DNA of 64,000 nt. Source: Lama glama (Eukaryota). The stretch spans positions 76,944,001 to 77,008,000 of the forward strand of contig CM052817.1 of the NCBI GenBank assembly GCA_028534125.1, read 5' to 3'. Both the position numbers and the translations under genes were made by a program. The notes under the pieces were generated by a model. The model did not search any database. It saw only the letters and a list, made by a program, of their open reading frames with translations, and was not told where the DNA came from. Shown in pieces: positions 27,324-40,812 of the stretch (position 1 is the first letter of the stretch; each line of letters begins with the position of its first letter).

Positions 27324-27326
<3 letters not shown>

Positions 27327-30279
27327 ATTTTAGAGTGATAGACTGAGCTTTAAATAAACCAGGTAAGACTCTATTGTGGAATTCATCCATTGTGTTTCAC
27401 AGTATAAAATGCAGTTCTATAGGTCAACTGATAACCCTCTTTTCATCGTACTCTTTATGCTACAGCAGTTTAGAAAGTGAGAGGCAGGATTCCTTTCACC
27501 ACCCCTTACGGTAAAAGATTGGCAGAAAAACATCAAATACTGCATACATCTTGCACAAATCATATGTAGAGACATGAGAGACATTTTGATTTCAAGAACA
27601 AAGGAATAGTTGGTACTTGAGTTTTGAGCTTCCCTCCTAAGAGTCACTTACTTTGTTACTATTAACCGTCTGACCTCTGTGTTTTCTGTCGTGCAAGTAC
27701 TATTAGAGCTTTGTAGAGCTTAGTTGAAGTACTAACACAGACACCAGCCTCAGGTATTTAACTTTCAGCTTGACCTTAAAGAAAGCCGAGTAATTTTTGC
27801 TTCAGTTCGCAATTCAAGTCCACTTTCTGCTTTGTATCTTTTTAAGGATCTCTTAGAAAAGAAAGCTTTTATTTTCTAAACAGTTTTCTATTTCAAGTTA
27901 GCTTATCTTTGGGTGGTCTTTTTTTTATAGAGTATCTAGCAAAGCACTGTATTTCAGGAAGAAGGAGTGGAGTATTCCATAAAGACATAATCTCTTTTTC
28001 TTACGGAATGGTCCTTGACCTGCATGCTGTGGATTTGTCCCCTTCGCATCCATCTCAGCGGCAACCTTTTAATTAACCACCACTGCCGAGTTAAGGGAGT
28101 GTAAACTTAAGAGAAATTAGTATCAAAGCAACATACTATATACAAAGAACCGTGGGTCACTTTGCACCTGGGATGTACCTGGCTAAAATTACCCGTTATG
28201 TGATTGTCTAGCCTGGTTGGGGGCTCAGTGGGTGAAGCAGCAAGATAAGATGTGTGTAGTCTCTGAAACCACAGTATCTGGCCCCACAGAGCTGCCCAGG
28301 CACTCATCCTGCTGATAGAGATAATGTACTGCCATTCAGTTTCTTTTTATGTTTTCCTGTCAATCCATTGGCCTGACATACCTTGTAAAAACCAGCAGTG
28401 TACCTGTTGTAGAATATTTGGAATTTCCTGTCATTGACTTAGGTCTAAATCCTCCTTCACCCATGCCCTTTGCAGTTACTCTGAATCCTGCTCTTAAAAT
28501 TTAGTTACTCTCACTGAAGTAACTGTACAGGTAAATTGTTTCTGTGGTACGTCGGACGTGTTGGAGATGACTGGGTGCATTAAATGTAGGTTCTCAGGAA
28601 TGTCATTTGTTGCTTCATATTTTTCCTACTAGTGATGAAAACTACCTCTTTGCTGCCTTAAAAAATTAAAGTCCTCTGAGAATACACTGAACTACAAACA
28701 GATATGAATTCTCAACTAACCACATAAATCCAGTTCTTTGCACACAGTAGAATAAGTGAATGAAACTAGGTCTGTGCAAAGGTTTGCCATGCAATCTTGG
28801 CATAAAAGAGTACTCCAATTTAAGAGATCTATAAACTTACTATCTTTAATACTAAAAAAAAAAAATCCCATTTCAAAAGAATTTTCAAGAAAAACGGCAA
28901 TAAATTTCCATTGTTAAGAGTGTTATTTATTCCTTTTCACAATCACTACAGGAAGTGTTCATACAGTCATGGGTAGTCTAAAATATCTTAAAATCACTTC
29001 GTGCCGTCATCATGGATTTTAGAGGACATGTTGAAGATGTAAAAAAAATCTGATTTTCTGGAGTGTGGTTGTGATCTGAAATAAGCAGTATAAGCTTTAA
29101 AATATATAAATGGGAACTTTCTCATTCAATTAAGTAAATTTACATTTTTTAATTCTTGTTCAATATAACCTTAATCTCTAAATTATAAATAGAATTGATA
29201 AACTGACCTTACTTTAGCTTGCATGTTATGTATCATCAGGTGTTTCAAAACTGTCTAATCATTTAAGTAAAAAATAGGAAAAATAATGCTCAGCATAGAA
29301 TTTCACTAATTTGTATAAACTAAAATGAAAACTATAAACTTTTATTTTTCCCATGAATGTATCCATTCACAATTATATCTAGTCATCAATGGCCACTTCA
29401 CAATTACAAATACTAGTTAGCTAAATACCTGAGCCAGACATCTTTATTTCTCAGTGATTTAACCTCTTTATTAGCATGAATGAAACCAGACTGAGTTATA
29501 TGAATTTTTAATAATAATTTACTATGAAAGCTAATAAATGAACAGTAAGGATTTTAAGGCCAGGAGCTGAATGAAGATTGTGTGTTTATTTTGTTTTGTT
29601 CTGTGGATGGGGCTTAACTAAATCATAAAGAACTGAAGCTGCTTCACTTGTTTCTAGTATCACTTCCCCTGGCAACCAAATTAATATTCTAATCAATGGG
29701 AATTCTTTCCCATTTTAGATGAGTTTGAGTAAAATTGTGCCCAATTAAAACTTTTTTTAATAGCAAAAGCAGTACCCATTGTAGCAAAAATCTGTTGGGT
29801 CTCTAGACAACCTGTGAAACAGCACCTAGAAATGCCTAAGCAGTAAAAAAGAAAATAATTTTTATTCCAGTTTCTTACAAATTTGTTTTTAAAAATGATT
29901 ATAGCATTTCAAAATCAGTATACATTTATAAGTTCTAAGTATTTCATATGTATTGCTTCATAACACTATGTAATAGGAATTATTTGGTCGTTTTTCAAAA
30001 CCAGGGCACAGAAAACCTAAGCTCAAAGTCACTCAGCAAGTGAGGCAGGAGTCCTCTGAAGCCTACAGGGCCAATCTATTAGGCTCTTCATATTGGCACA
30101 AGACGTTAGAACTAGAGAAAAACAATATTGTGAATTTTTACTAATGAATAGTGTAACAGAAAGTACTTCCTTTAAAAAACTGAAACCTTAAAATCAGCTT
30201 TTAAAGTTCTCAGACACTGTTATAAAAAGAATCTATCTCCAGGTACACTGTCAGTTTGCATTAATAAATATGTAATCAT

Positions 30280-30873
30280 GGCACTATGCAAATTAAAATT
30301 ACATTGAGATACCATTAGAATGGCTGTAATCCAAAAGACAATACCAAATGTTGGCAAGAATGTAAAGAAACTGGAAACCTCATATGTTACTGAAGGTAAT
30401 GTATAATATATGGCCACTTTAGAAAAGCAGTTTTGCAATTTCTTAAAAATTAAACAGAAGCATATAAATAATTCAATTCCATTCCTAGGAATCTACCCCC
30501 AAAGAAATGAAAATCTACGTCCACACAGACTTGTTCGCAGCAGCATTATTCATAATAGCCAAAACCTAGAACCAATCTGGTTAACGGATTTTTAAAAAAT
30601 TGGCATATCCACACCTCAAAAAAAAAAAAAAGAAATGTTCAGAAGAGATAAATTTTGAGACAGAAAGCAGATGAGTGTTTGCCTAGGGATGGGGGTGACA
30701 ATAGGGATTAACTTCAAAGGGCTCTAAGGAATTTTGGAGAGGGAGGTGGAAATGTTCTAAAACTGGAATATTCTAAAACTACACAGCTATATAAATCTGC
30801 TACAGATCACTGAATTGTACACTTAAAATCAGTGTTATGATATGTAAATTATATCTCAAAAAAGCTGCTAAAA
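30280..30873 (+). mobile_element. Old L1M fragment
   Basis: ATGCAAATTAAAATTACATTGAGATACC...GGAAATGTTCTAAAACTGG...GTAAATTATATCTCAA. Confidence 0.8.
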
Positions 30874-31147
30874 TACAGAAAATAAACTTATGGTTACCAG
30901 TGGGGGAAGGAAGTGGGAAGGGATAAATTGGAGTTCAAGATCTGCAGATACTAACTACTATATATAAAACAGATAAACAACAAGTTTCTACTGTAGGACA
31001 GGAAACTGTATTCAATATCTTGTAGTAACCTATAATGAAAAAGAATATGAAAACGAATATATGTATATACATGCATGATTGAACTATTATGCTGTACACT
31101 AGAAATTGACACATTGTAAACTGACTATACTTCAATTTTTCTAAAAC
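30874..31147 (+). mobile_element. Younger L1 3' end inserted in the tail of the old L1
   Basis: L1 3'UTR motifs; direct repeat AGCTGCTAAAA at 30863-30873 and 31148-31158. Confidence 0.85.
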
Positions 31148-31519
31148 AGCTGCTAAAAATAAAATATGTATCAGTAAAATGGTTCATTACATCATAAATT
31201 CTGTTTATAGAGAGGGAACAGATTTTTAAAAACTTCTGTGCTTGTTCCATATTAGTTAACACCTAAATAATGGTGTTTTGGCTTTGAAATTTACTTGCAC
31301 TATTTGCAATTCAGTATTCTTTCACAGACATGTTATTTCAATGTAAAGATATTTCAAACATTCTTGAACTTTCTAAGTGTAATCTAAATGCTCCCTAGGA
31401 TTCACCTTCCCAAGAGTAAAATTAAAGTCACATTTTCATTAACATAGAGATATTACCAGTTGGAGGCTGAATCATTGGAGAATCTTGATTGTTCCTGCCC
31501 ATAAGTGTCTTCCACTTAT

Positions 31520-31582
31520 GGAAATAGACTCATGGACAGAGAATACAGACTTGTGGTTGCCGGGGCGGTGGAGGGTGGGAAG
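31520..31582 (+). mobile_element. Young L1 3'UTR fragment running into gap 2
   Basis: GAAATAGACTCATGGACAGAGAATACAGACTTGTGGTTGCC, homologous to in-window L1 3'UTRs (e.g. 8600-8640). Confidence 0.8.
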
Positions 31583-32082
31583 NNNNNNNNNNNNNNNNNN
31601 NNNNNNNNNNNNNNNNNNNNNNNNNNNNNNNNNNNNNNNNNNNNNNNNNNNNNNNNNNNNNNNNNNNNNNNNNNNNNNNNNNNNNNNNNNNNNNNNNNNN
31701 NNNNNNNNNNNNNNNNNNNNNNNNNNNNNNNNNNNNNNNNNNNNNNNNNNNNNNNNNNNNNNNNNNNNNNNNNNNNNNNNNNNNNNNNNNNNNNNNNNNN
31801 NNNNNNNNNNNNNNNNNNNNNNNNNNNNNNNNNNNNNNNNNNNNNNNNNNNNNNNNNNNNNNNNNNNNNNNNNNNNNNNNNNNNNNNNNNNNNNNNNNNN
31901 NNNNNNNNNNNNNNNNNNNNNNNNNNNNNNNNNNNNNNNNNNNNNNNNNNNNNNNNNNNNNNNNNNNNNNNNNNNNNNNNNNNNNNNNNNNNNNNNNNNN
32001 NNNNNNNNNNNNNNNNNNNNNNNNNNNNNNNNNNNNNNNNNNNNNNNNNNNNNNNNNNNNNNNNNNNNNNNNNNNNNNNNNN
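31583..32082. other. Assembly gap 2 (500 N)
   Basis: Run of N. Confidence 1.
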
Positions 32083-32215
32083 TATCCAAGATAAAGAGGA
32101 TGTTAGCTTAGAGCAGGGTGGTGGCAGTGGAGCTGGTGAGAAGTGGTTGGTTTTAGATAGAAACTGAAGACAGAGCTGACGGGATTTCTTGACAGCTTGA
32201 ATGTGGGGTATGCTA
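32083..32215 (-). mobile_element. L2 fragment
   Basis: CAGGGTGGTGGCAGTGGAGCTGGTGAGAAGTGGT, antisense L2 motif. Confidence 0.7.
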
Positions 32216-33344
32216 GTCAGGAGAGTGACTATCCCAACATATTTACAGGTTTTGCCCCCACTCAAGGCACTATTATATAAGGGAATGACTCTTAGGGTGT
32301 GTCTGCCATAGGATGGAACAGACCGTCTTGTAGGGAGATCAGAATCTGCAGATGTGCTGCAGACTCATGTCTAGTAAATGCCTCCCCCAGCTCTTCTTAA
32401 CTGAGACAGAGTCTGTCAATACTCTTGACCCTTGTCATTTGCTCTTTTTCCATGCGTCTCCATTGTTGCTAATTGAACCTGGGGTATAATGCTTGTATAA
32501 TGGGTATAAATTCCATGATCCACAACCTATGCAGAAATGTAGCTTTCTTTAGTTTTTGGTAACTGTCTCTATTTAAGATATATTTCATCACTTTAGGGGT
32601 TTTTAATTCTGTTTTAGAAAAACCCAGTCAAATTCAGGATTCATCTCTCCCTTTCTTCTCAAGGTGATCTTGGCAAAGGACACCATGTTAGAGGGTGACA
32701 CTTTGGCCTCAGACATCATCCGTTTTCTGCTGGCATAGTATGAATCTCATCAAGTGCAGTCTTAGGTAAGTGGGCTCTTCCCATGCCCTGCAGGCATCAG
32801 TCTGCTGGTCAGTAGGTGTCCTCTTGGTCCTAGCTACTGGGTCCCTTTGGATCTAAATTCTCAGAAGTTTCTACAGCTCCCATGGAGAATGGGGATTTTT
32901 ATATGTTGTCCTGTGCCACTGTGGACACTGTGTAATCTCTAGAATACCATGTCCTGTTTCTACGATTTTGCTCCAATACCATTGATGGGCAGAACACATA
33001 GATGAGGTTGCTGCTTGGCTAACTTTTAGATGGAAAGTAGGACACAGCTTTCTCTCCTCTTGGATCCTCAGTCTTAAAGAAGATCTGTCAGCCTTTCATT
33101 TTTAGGACTTGCTTTGGTGACAAGGCGGAGGGGCCAGGGGAGAAGAAACTCATACCCATGTCCCCCTCTCTTCTCCCTCCCTAGTATTCCTCCATCTCCA
33201 GCCAGGCAGCTTCCAGTCTGGGAGTGGAATGGGAAGGTGATAGGAGGTGTTGTCTGACTTTTCATCTGTTTTCTTTCTAGGTTATTTTTTATGGTTTAAG
33301 TTTTGGCTTTTGGTACTTAAATTACTTACAATTCCTATGCCCAC

Positions 33345-34810
33345 TAGTGGTTCTCACACTCTTTGGTCTCAGGAGCCTTTACAATTTTAAAAAATTTTTG
33401 AGGACGCCAAATGGGTTTTGTTTATAAGGGTTGTATCTCTCAGTATTTACTATATTAGGAATGTAAATTGAGGAACTAAAAAACCATTAACTTGAAAGCA
33501 AGAAGAGCAAGCCCATAATAAGATCATAGTTTTGTTTAAAAATAACTGTTTTCCAAAACAAACAAAAAAAATTAATGAAAAGAGTGGCACTGTGTAATGT
33601 ATTTGCAAATCTCTTTAAAGTTTGGCTTCATAAAAGAAATCTGGATTCTGATACATATTTTTGCATTCAGTCTATTTTGATATGTTGGTTTTGCTGAGGT
33701 ATATGAAGAAAATCTGACTTACCCAAGTATGTTTTTGAGGAAGGGAAGTATATATAGCCTTTTCAGATAATTGTGGATATTTTTCTTTGATACGACACTA
33801 AAACTTGACAAGTAGTATTTTCTTAAAGGATATTTGTATTGTGGAATCTGAAGCCAAATCAATGAGCTTTTCATACTCTGCTACATTAAAAACTGTTAGT
33901 TTATCTTGCCCTAAGAATACCATTGTAATGGTTGTGCCATGTATGATGATTTTGTAACCTCTTGCATTGGTTATTTGGAAAATACTGGTTTACTGAGTTG
34001 TGCAGATCTCCCAAATGTTGATACATTTCATTATTTACTATTAGAAAATCATTTTTGTTAATATCTCCATAAGTCTCATCAGAGAAAGTATTTAAATAAT
34101 AGTCTACCATTAAGCTCCTAGTAGCAGATACAAGTTCTAATTTTCATTGAAAGCTCAGATTTTATCGGTGGCAGTACCATTAGTTGTTTTTCTTAAAGTG
34201 ACAAGCTCACTGTTCAGTTTTTAAAAAAAATGTCTGCCAGTTGCTCACGTCTGAATAACCATATCTCCCTGTCAATCATTCTTTCAAGTAAAAATCATGT
34301 TCTTTGACTACAGTAGCTGTTTTTTTTTAAATTAAATAAATTGAATAAAAAAATAAAGTAGCTAGTTAAAGTTGCAACTCAAACAATTGCTCAGGTGCTT
34401 GTCTTTGAGACAGCTATATACTTCAGTATGTAGTGGAGGTGCCCTAGGCATACTTCATGTTTTGATGCAGAAAATATTAAAAAGACAGGTACTCAAGGGT
34501 TGAAATTTAATAGTATTACTAATTCTTACTGCTTCATTAAGGGCATTCTTAAGTGAAGCTAACTTTGTAAATGAGTGTGTGTTGGTGGAGAATATAGTGA
34601 TGATGAATGTAGACTGATGTTACTTACTTGATTAATGTTAAAGCACCAGCAGTTTTACCCATTATTGCTCTTGCAAGGTCAATGAAAATATCAACACAAT
34701 GACAAACAAATATGATAAATTGGTATTATTTTGAAAACAGTTTTGACCTTGCAGAGTCCCTAAAGAGGGCTTGGGCCTGCCAGGGGTCAGACTAGATCTT
34801 TAGAACCATT
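33345..34810. mobile_element. Charlie1a-like hAT DNA transposon, about 1.46 kb
   Basis: Left end TAGTGGTTCTCACACTCTTTGGTCTCAGG and right end TTTAGAACCATT; minus-strand remnant HLGDLHNSVNQYFP resembles a Charlie transposase C-terminus. Confidence 0.75.
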
Positions 34811-36594
34811 TCCCTACAGCACTAAGTAAGGCTAAGCACCACGAGAGCTCTTCCCTGTTAGTTCATCTCCTGGATAATGTCCAACAACTGATGCTAATGT
34901 CAGCTGCTGGTTAGATCCGCCTCTGTGATCTTCCCATCCGATGGGATACTACTGGGGCTGCATATTTAGCCTTACTCTTTAAATGATAGATTATTGCTGT
35001 TGTAATAGAAGTGCTACATGCACTGGGAAATAACAATTCAAATATTTCTTCTTGGTCTTGCACTCTAGCCTGAACTAGCAAAGATAACTAACTCCCTTTT
35101 ACCATTTCTGCTCATGTTGTGTTGATTCACCCATTATTCCAACCATCGTTTACCTTGATTTCTTGGTTTGTTATCTCTAAGCAGTATCTGTTGGCTCCCA
35201 CATGAAGGAGGAGACATTTGGCTCCTTTGTACCATTGTTCCTCACTTACACTCCTGATTTTTGAGCATGTATTTATATTTCTATTTTTGTTTCTAGTCCC
35301 TTTTGTTATGTTTGTGGCTTTGAATAATGTGCTTAAATAGATTTCTGCTGAACTTACCATGGGCCAAAAGCAGACCAGAGTGTTTTCCAAAGGGAAGTGC
35401 GGGAGGAGAGGTTGAGTTACTCAGACCCAGTTTCTGCTTCCAGCTTTACCTCCTAGATAATTCATGGCTCCTGCCCTGTGGCAGAATGTGTGAGAGATAG
35501 GAAGAGTCAACTGTTACAATAACTGATGATAAAATTAAGCAAGGGGGGAAGCAGTTAACAGTGATCACATTTGACTTCTTCCCTTGATGGATGAGGAAAT
35601 TGATGACCCCAAAGGAAAAGTGAGCTACCCAATGTTATTTAGTTAAAAACAGAGTCCAATCTGTCCTCTTTGCTATTCCAGTTGTACTGAGGACATCCCT
35701 GTAATTAACTGGGAATCGAAGCAACATGGTTTTATCAAGTTGATCATAGGTGGAAATGAGAATTTGTCAATATTGCATGTTCATAGCTTTTTATTATTTT
35801 AAAAATTAGAATCTTTAACTTTTTATAAGTTTGTCAATTTATTCATTTGTATGTGAAACAAATGCTATTTTTTGATAGTATGTTCTTTGTGGACTTTTTA
35901 AAGTATTGTTTGCTTTGAAAGACAGAAATTAAGTTCTGAAAAGATACACCACAGCCCTAGGAGTATATATAGCATTTTGAGCTTGCATTTCTGTTTAGAG
36001 TGGTTGAAACTGAAAGAAAATTCAGATGCAGAATTTTATTTACCAAATAGGGAAAAGAAGACCAGTCTTCTCTGGTCCAATTATATAAATTATGCATAAT
36101 ATTTAAGAGCAAGATCTGGTTTCCATTTCAGTTATTGATTTGAAATAGAGCATTCTGGCATCAGAAATGTAGACAGCCGGCATTTCCTGTGCTTAATTTA
36201 TTCCCTCAGAACCAAGAAACAGCTTGATGTAGACAGTTTTATGTAAGATTTGTCACAGTTCCTGTGTGCTTTGGAAATGTTTCACTTTTCATTCAGTTTA
36301 TTTCAGTTTTCTGAATGCTAAAATGTGGGCAAATGCTTTCTTCTTACCAATATCATGGAAGCTTTGTGGTGTGAGTATTTAATTTGTGAAATTTGCTTTG
36401 ACTTCCGTGAAAGGGATTGCTGGGCAAATAAAATATTTGACCTGAATCTGGCAAGTGAATGTCTTTCTTAAACACTTTTTGACACTGTTCATGATTCTTC
36501 TTTCTCTAAAGAGGAGATAATGAAAATATAGCAGGTTCGATTTTCAGTGATTCATTAATCTTTGTATATATAACTTTTGGGACTATACTGAGAT

Positions 36595-36616
<22 letters not shown>
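36595..36616. repeat. (TA)11 microsatellite
   Basis: Directly visible. Confidence 0.95.
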
Positions 36617-36625
<9 letters not shown>

Positions 36626-37889
36626 TATAACCCAAAGATTAAGATAGTTACAAGATTAATGGAAGAAGGTAGAAGAGGAGCTTAAAAATAAATTTCATAT
36701 ACTAATAAATAAGTATATAAATTCTCTGTTACTTTTGCTAAGAGCACTGAATATATAGAGAACCATATAGACAACAGATTGAGGACAAAAAATAGCAAGA
36801 ACTAATAGTAGCACTGGATGAGGAAAAGTGGCCCTCAAATTCTGTGAGGCCCCCTGGCCACAGGTGAGAGGCTTACTTGAAGTTGACTCTAGATTTTCTT
36901 GGGAATGGAATCAATGTCACACTATGTCTTTAGCTTTCATCCTCAAAGCTAAAATTCATGGCTTGACCTTGTGAAATTTACTTTGCTTTTAAATAAAGTA
37001 AGTGAAGAGAACGTAAACATTTCAAGCCAACACAAGTAATTTCTTAAGGATTATCCACCTCAAGTATTCACTGCTCTTTCCATGACTGCCAACTATTTGG
37101 GGATGGGTGTGTGTGGCGAGATGGGTGGGCAGTAAGAAGGCAGCAGCTATGTTGTAGGTGGTGACCAAGCAGAGTCAGCTCTGGCAGAATGGAATTCAGC
37201 TAGACAGTGTGATTTGAAAACAGAGAAATCCCTTCATTCTAAAATATTTGAGGTGTAAAGTGCCTCTTCATTAGTGGGCTTTTGGGCTAAAGCATAACTT
37301 GTTGAAATTGCAGATGTCTTTGGAAAGCATAATATTATAAGTCATTATAAGCCACTAACATTGACAGCATTGGATTATTAACTGGTCATCAGTTGGCCCT
37401 GGAGTCGATAGAACATATGATGGCATATTTAGATAGAAAGTTGGGAGTCAGATGTGTTCTAGATTGGAGAACTATGGGGGAGATAATCCTGTGAGGAATC
37501 AACTGGTGCATGTGGACAGGATGGGCTGCAACATGAGGAAATCTGATTTCTAGAAAAGAAAGAACAGGAATAGAGAAAAGAAAGTTTGTGGAAAATGTAG
37601 GTAAATATCTAACTCTCCTGGTCCCTCCCCCACTTTGTTTTGCAGAGATTGTTTTGCTAGATTTTTAATAAAAGAGAGACTAGCTAATATCTTTTAAAGC
37701 TCTAAAGAAAAGAGTCCATTTTGGGGAGCAGAGCAGAGTACTGGGAGTAAGAAATGCTATAATTATTCAGGCTCTTACGTCTGTTAAGTAACAGCTGTGT
37801 GGTTTGCTTATTCTCTGGTCCCATGAATGATCCTGGGACCTTCTTTTATGTATTAGAACTTAAAAAAAAAATACTAGCATTGATAAGAA

Positions 37890-40692
37890 GATCTATGAAA
37901 GGTTATTTATTAAAAACAGACTTACTGGTTTCCTACTGGGAAGTTTTCCATGCAGCTCTCGATGTTAAATTGCATTAGTGGTATCTATGTTTTATAGCCA
38001 CCTCCTGCTCTGTCGCAGGCAAACACAAACCATCAAATGCCCACTTATTACCTGAAATCACCAGGCCCAAACTCTTCACTTTCTTATCACAGTTTATTGT
38101 TGTACATATGAGGTACCATGCTACCGTCAGAGTTATATCCAGGTTTTTTATTTTAAAAAACTCAGAGAAAAAAATGTTTCCAGTAATTTTCATTCAATGT
38201 GAATGACGAGGATACTATAGCTATAAACATTGAAATAACCATTTCATTTCTTCCTGAGGAAGTTTCATATGTTAAGCAATGAAAAAGGAACTCTATACAA
38301 AGCTAGCTGAAAATCACATTATCTCTCATTCTTTTCTCGTGTGTATTTATGTTACTTTCAGAAGAGCATAATAACCAGCTGGAAGATATAATGTAGGAAG
38401 TACGCATGTCCTCTAGAATTTGATGTTGCCTCTCAGACACATGGAGCGGTCAAAATTCCTTTCAAAGGTCTGCTGCTCTCGGTAGCATAATACCTGTACT
38501 ATGAGTGAGCACATTGTGGTATGATCTCTTCTTGTTTCTCCTCTCATTACACAAGCATGCAGTGTGTTTTTAACATTTCTTAAAGGGCAAACTGTGTAGC
38601 TGACTCAGTTTACCTCAATGAAATTATGCCAGTAGCTTGGGCCAGAAGTTTAAGTGCACATCTCATCCTTGAAACATAGCGTATCAGTTTTTCTTTTCCT
38701 TTTTTATCAGTAGAAATGTTGTTGTCAAAATGAAAACATGATACTGTATGTAACTGCTGGGGCCTAGTCTCACTATGTTTGACCCTCTTAAGACGGTTTC
38801 TTAAATTAGTGGAGACAAAAGACCATGTTCATTTTCCCAGCATATTTAACATGTGCTGCTTCAAAACAGGCAGCATAAGCGTGAAGATTGAGTTTGACAT
38901 ATTTTTCCAAATGACTTTGATTTTGCTTTTCAGTCAGGGGTCTTAAAAACTGATTGTTTCTGCCAATAGCCTGTTTGTTGCAAAATCAGTGTGTCATTTG
39001 AGTTCATAACACTTAAACATTTTCACTAATAATTATAATGTAATTTAAAAAATTTATAGTGAGTGGAAGGATCTCAAAATTTGTTTTCTAGTTAGTGAAT
39101 CATCAATAGAGTTTAGTTTTACACATTAAAATGACAATGAAAATTTCTGGGCATATCTTTTTTTTCTAATCATACTTTTGGTAACATTTTACAAAGGCTT
39201 ATGTAATCATAGCAGGGAATTTATTTACTACTTAATTTCCTATGTGTACAGTATATTTAAAATTTAAGTAAATATAAACAGGAAAATAAGTATGACATTT
39301 TATTTTTTGAATGTCTTATTAATCATATAATCATTAAAAATTTAAGTGTAAATATATTTTAAGAACTGTGCCTGGTTCATCTTTGTACTTCTTCCATTTA
39401 ATTTAGTAGATAATCCCTAAATTTAACTATTTCCTATTGTCTTCCATAAGAATGATGTATGAAATACTCTAAAAAAATGGGATTCGGCTTTGCTTATATT
39501 TTTCTGCGTTGTATTACTGCAAATATCAGATTAAAAATCATATATTAATTTGTTTTTTGTAATAGATCTCTACATTACATATTTTCATTCTGAATTATCT
39601 AAAGAAATGTACTTTTTCTATAATTTAACATAAGTAACCCAATATATCGTCTAGAGAAATTGTCCTTAGTATTCATTTAATAGGTTTTATGCTGGGGAAC
39701 ATTAAAAAACAGTTATTTACATTGTAAGTCAATCTGTTTCTGGAGATGATACACACCTCAGATTCTATGCAAGCATTTCTATAGAACCAGTAAGGACTAC
39801 TGGAGTTGATTTGCAGCCCAGAGAAAAGGAACATAAGTTGTCAATCATATATCTTTAGACACCTACAATTTGTCCTGTTAGAGGATTTAGTTAGTACACT
39901 TTAGATTATTGTTTACTGTTTTGGTATACTCAGTGTGTTTCTATTTCTCATCCAATGGCTTCACAACATATCTTTCAGTATAGCAATTATGTTATGATAG
40001 AAAAGTTAGTAACTTTTGCATGAATGCACTAGACTATGTGTATGAAAAATCACTTTTTTTTCTATAGCACTTATCTTTTCTTTTTTTTTTGGATGCAGGT
40101 AAAGCTCATACGTAACTTTTCCAGTCTGCTCTAGCACAAATTGTAATTGATAATTCTTTCTAAATACTTAGTGAATTTATATTTTGGCAAGCATTTTTGA
40201 TGAGTATTACACTTTGGTGTTTTATGCTACGTTGTGATGTTTACTTTGCTTCTTTGTAGGACACTTTATAGAATCAAAGAATAAGAAAACATTGTACAGG
40301 CAAACAGCGGTCTAAAAATCTACAGAGACACAATCTTAGTTGATATATAAAAGTGTAAATATTACTACGAAATGGAACAGTTCTGCATCTGTGTTTGATA
40401 TTTATACTGGTTGCTATTGATTTCCACATGAGTGCACAGTAGTCTGTAATAATCCCACAGGCTCAGACACCGGTTAAGAGAAAGGACCTGGGTCTCAAGG
40501 CTTGTAACTTTCTCTTTTTTGTTTCTAATCATCCAAGTGCCAGCACATGGAAGGAACTTTGTTCTTTTTTTTTTTTGTTTTTTCTCCTTTGAAGAGGTAT
40601 ATTTTTTACACAGCCTTTTGGTAGCTTCTGGAAGCTTTGGGAGAGGTGAGCGTTACAATGGGGGCCGAGTCTCGAGAAGTTTCCTCTCAGTG
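37890..40692 (-). other. NDST3: Probable NDST3 3'UTR (distal end uncertain)
   Basis: AT-rich, repeat-poor sequence after the stop codon; minus-strand AATAAA candidates at 38147-38152, 38093-38098 (preceded by TGTA) and 37906-37911. Confidence 0.55.
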
Positions 40693-40812
40693 CTATCTCA
40701 CTTTCTGCAGCTCCTGTCTCAGCCAGGCGGGCAGAGGATGCCCCAGTTTGTGCAGCAGCTTGGAGAGTTCCACGTTGTGATCACGATAGTAGCTGGACAG
40801 AAATGCTCTGCT
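40693..40812 (-). CDS. NDST3: NDST3 terminal coding exon (about exon 14), [39 protein letters not shown], on the inverted block
   Basis: Minus strand: ctcctcctctggccccag acceptor, 39 codons plus TAG; matches the NDST C-terminus. Confidence 0.96.
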   Translation of the reverse strand, partial: SRAFLSSYYRDHNVELSKLLHKLGHPLPAWLRQELQKVR

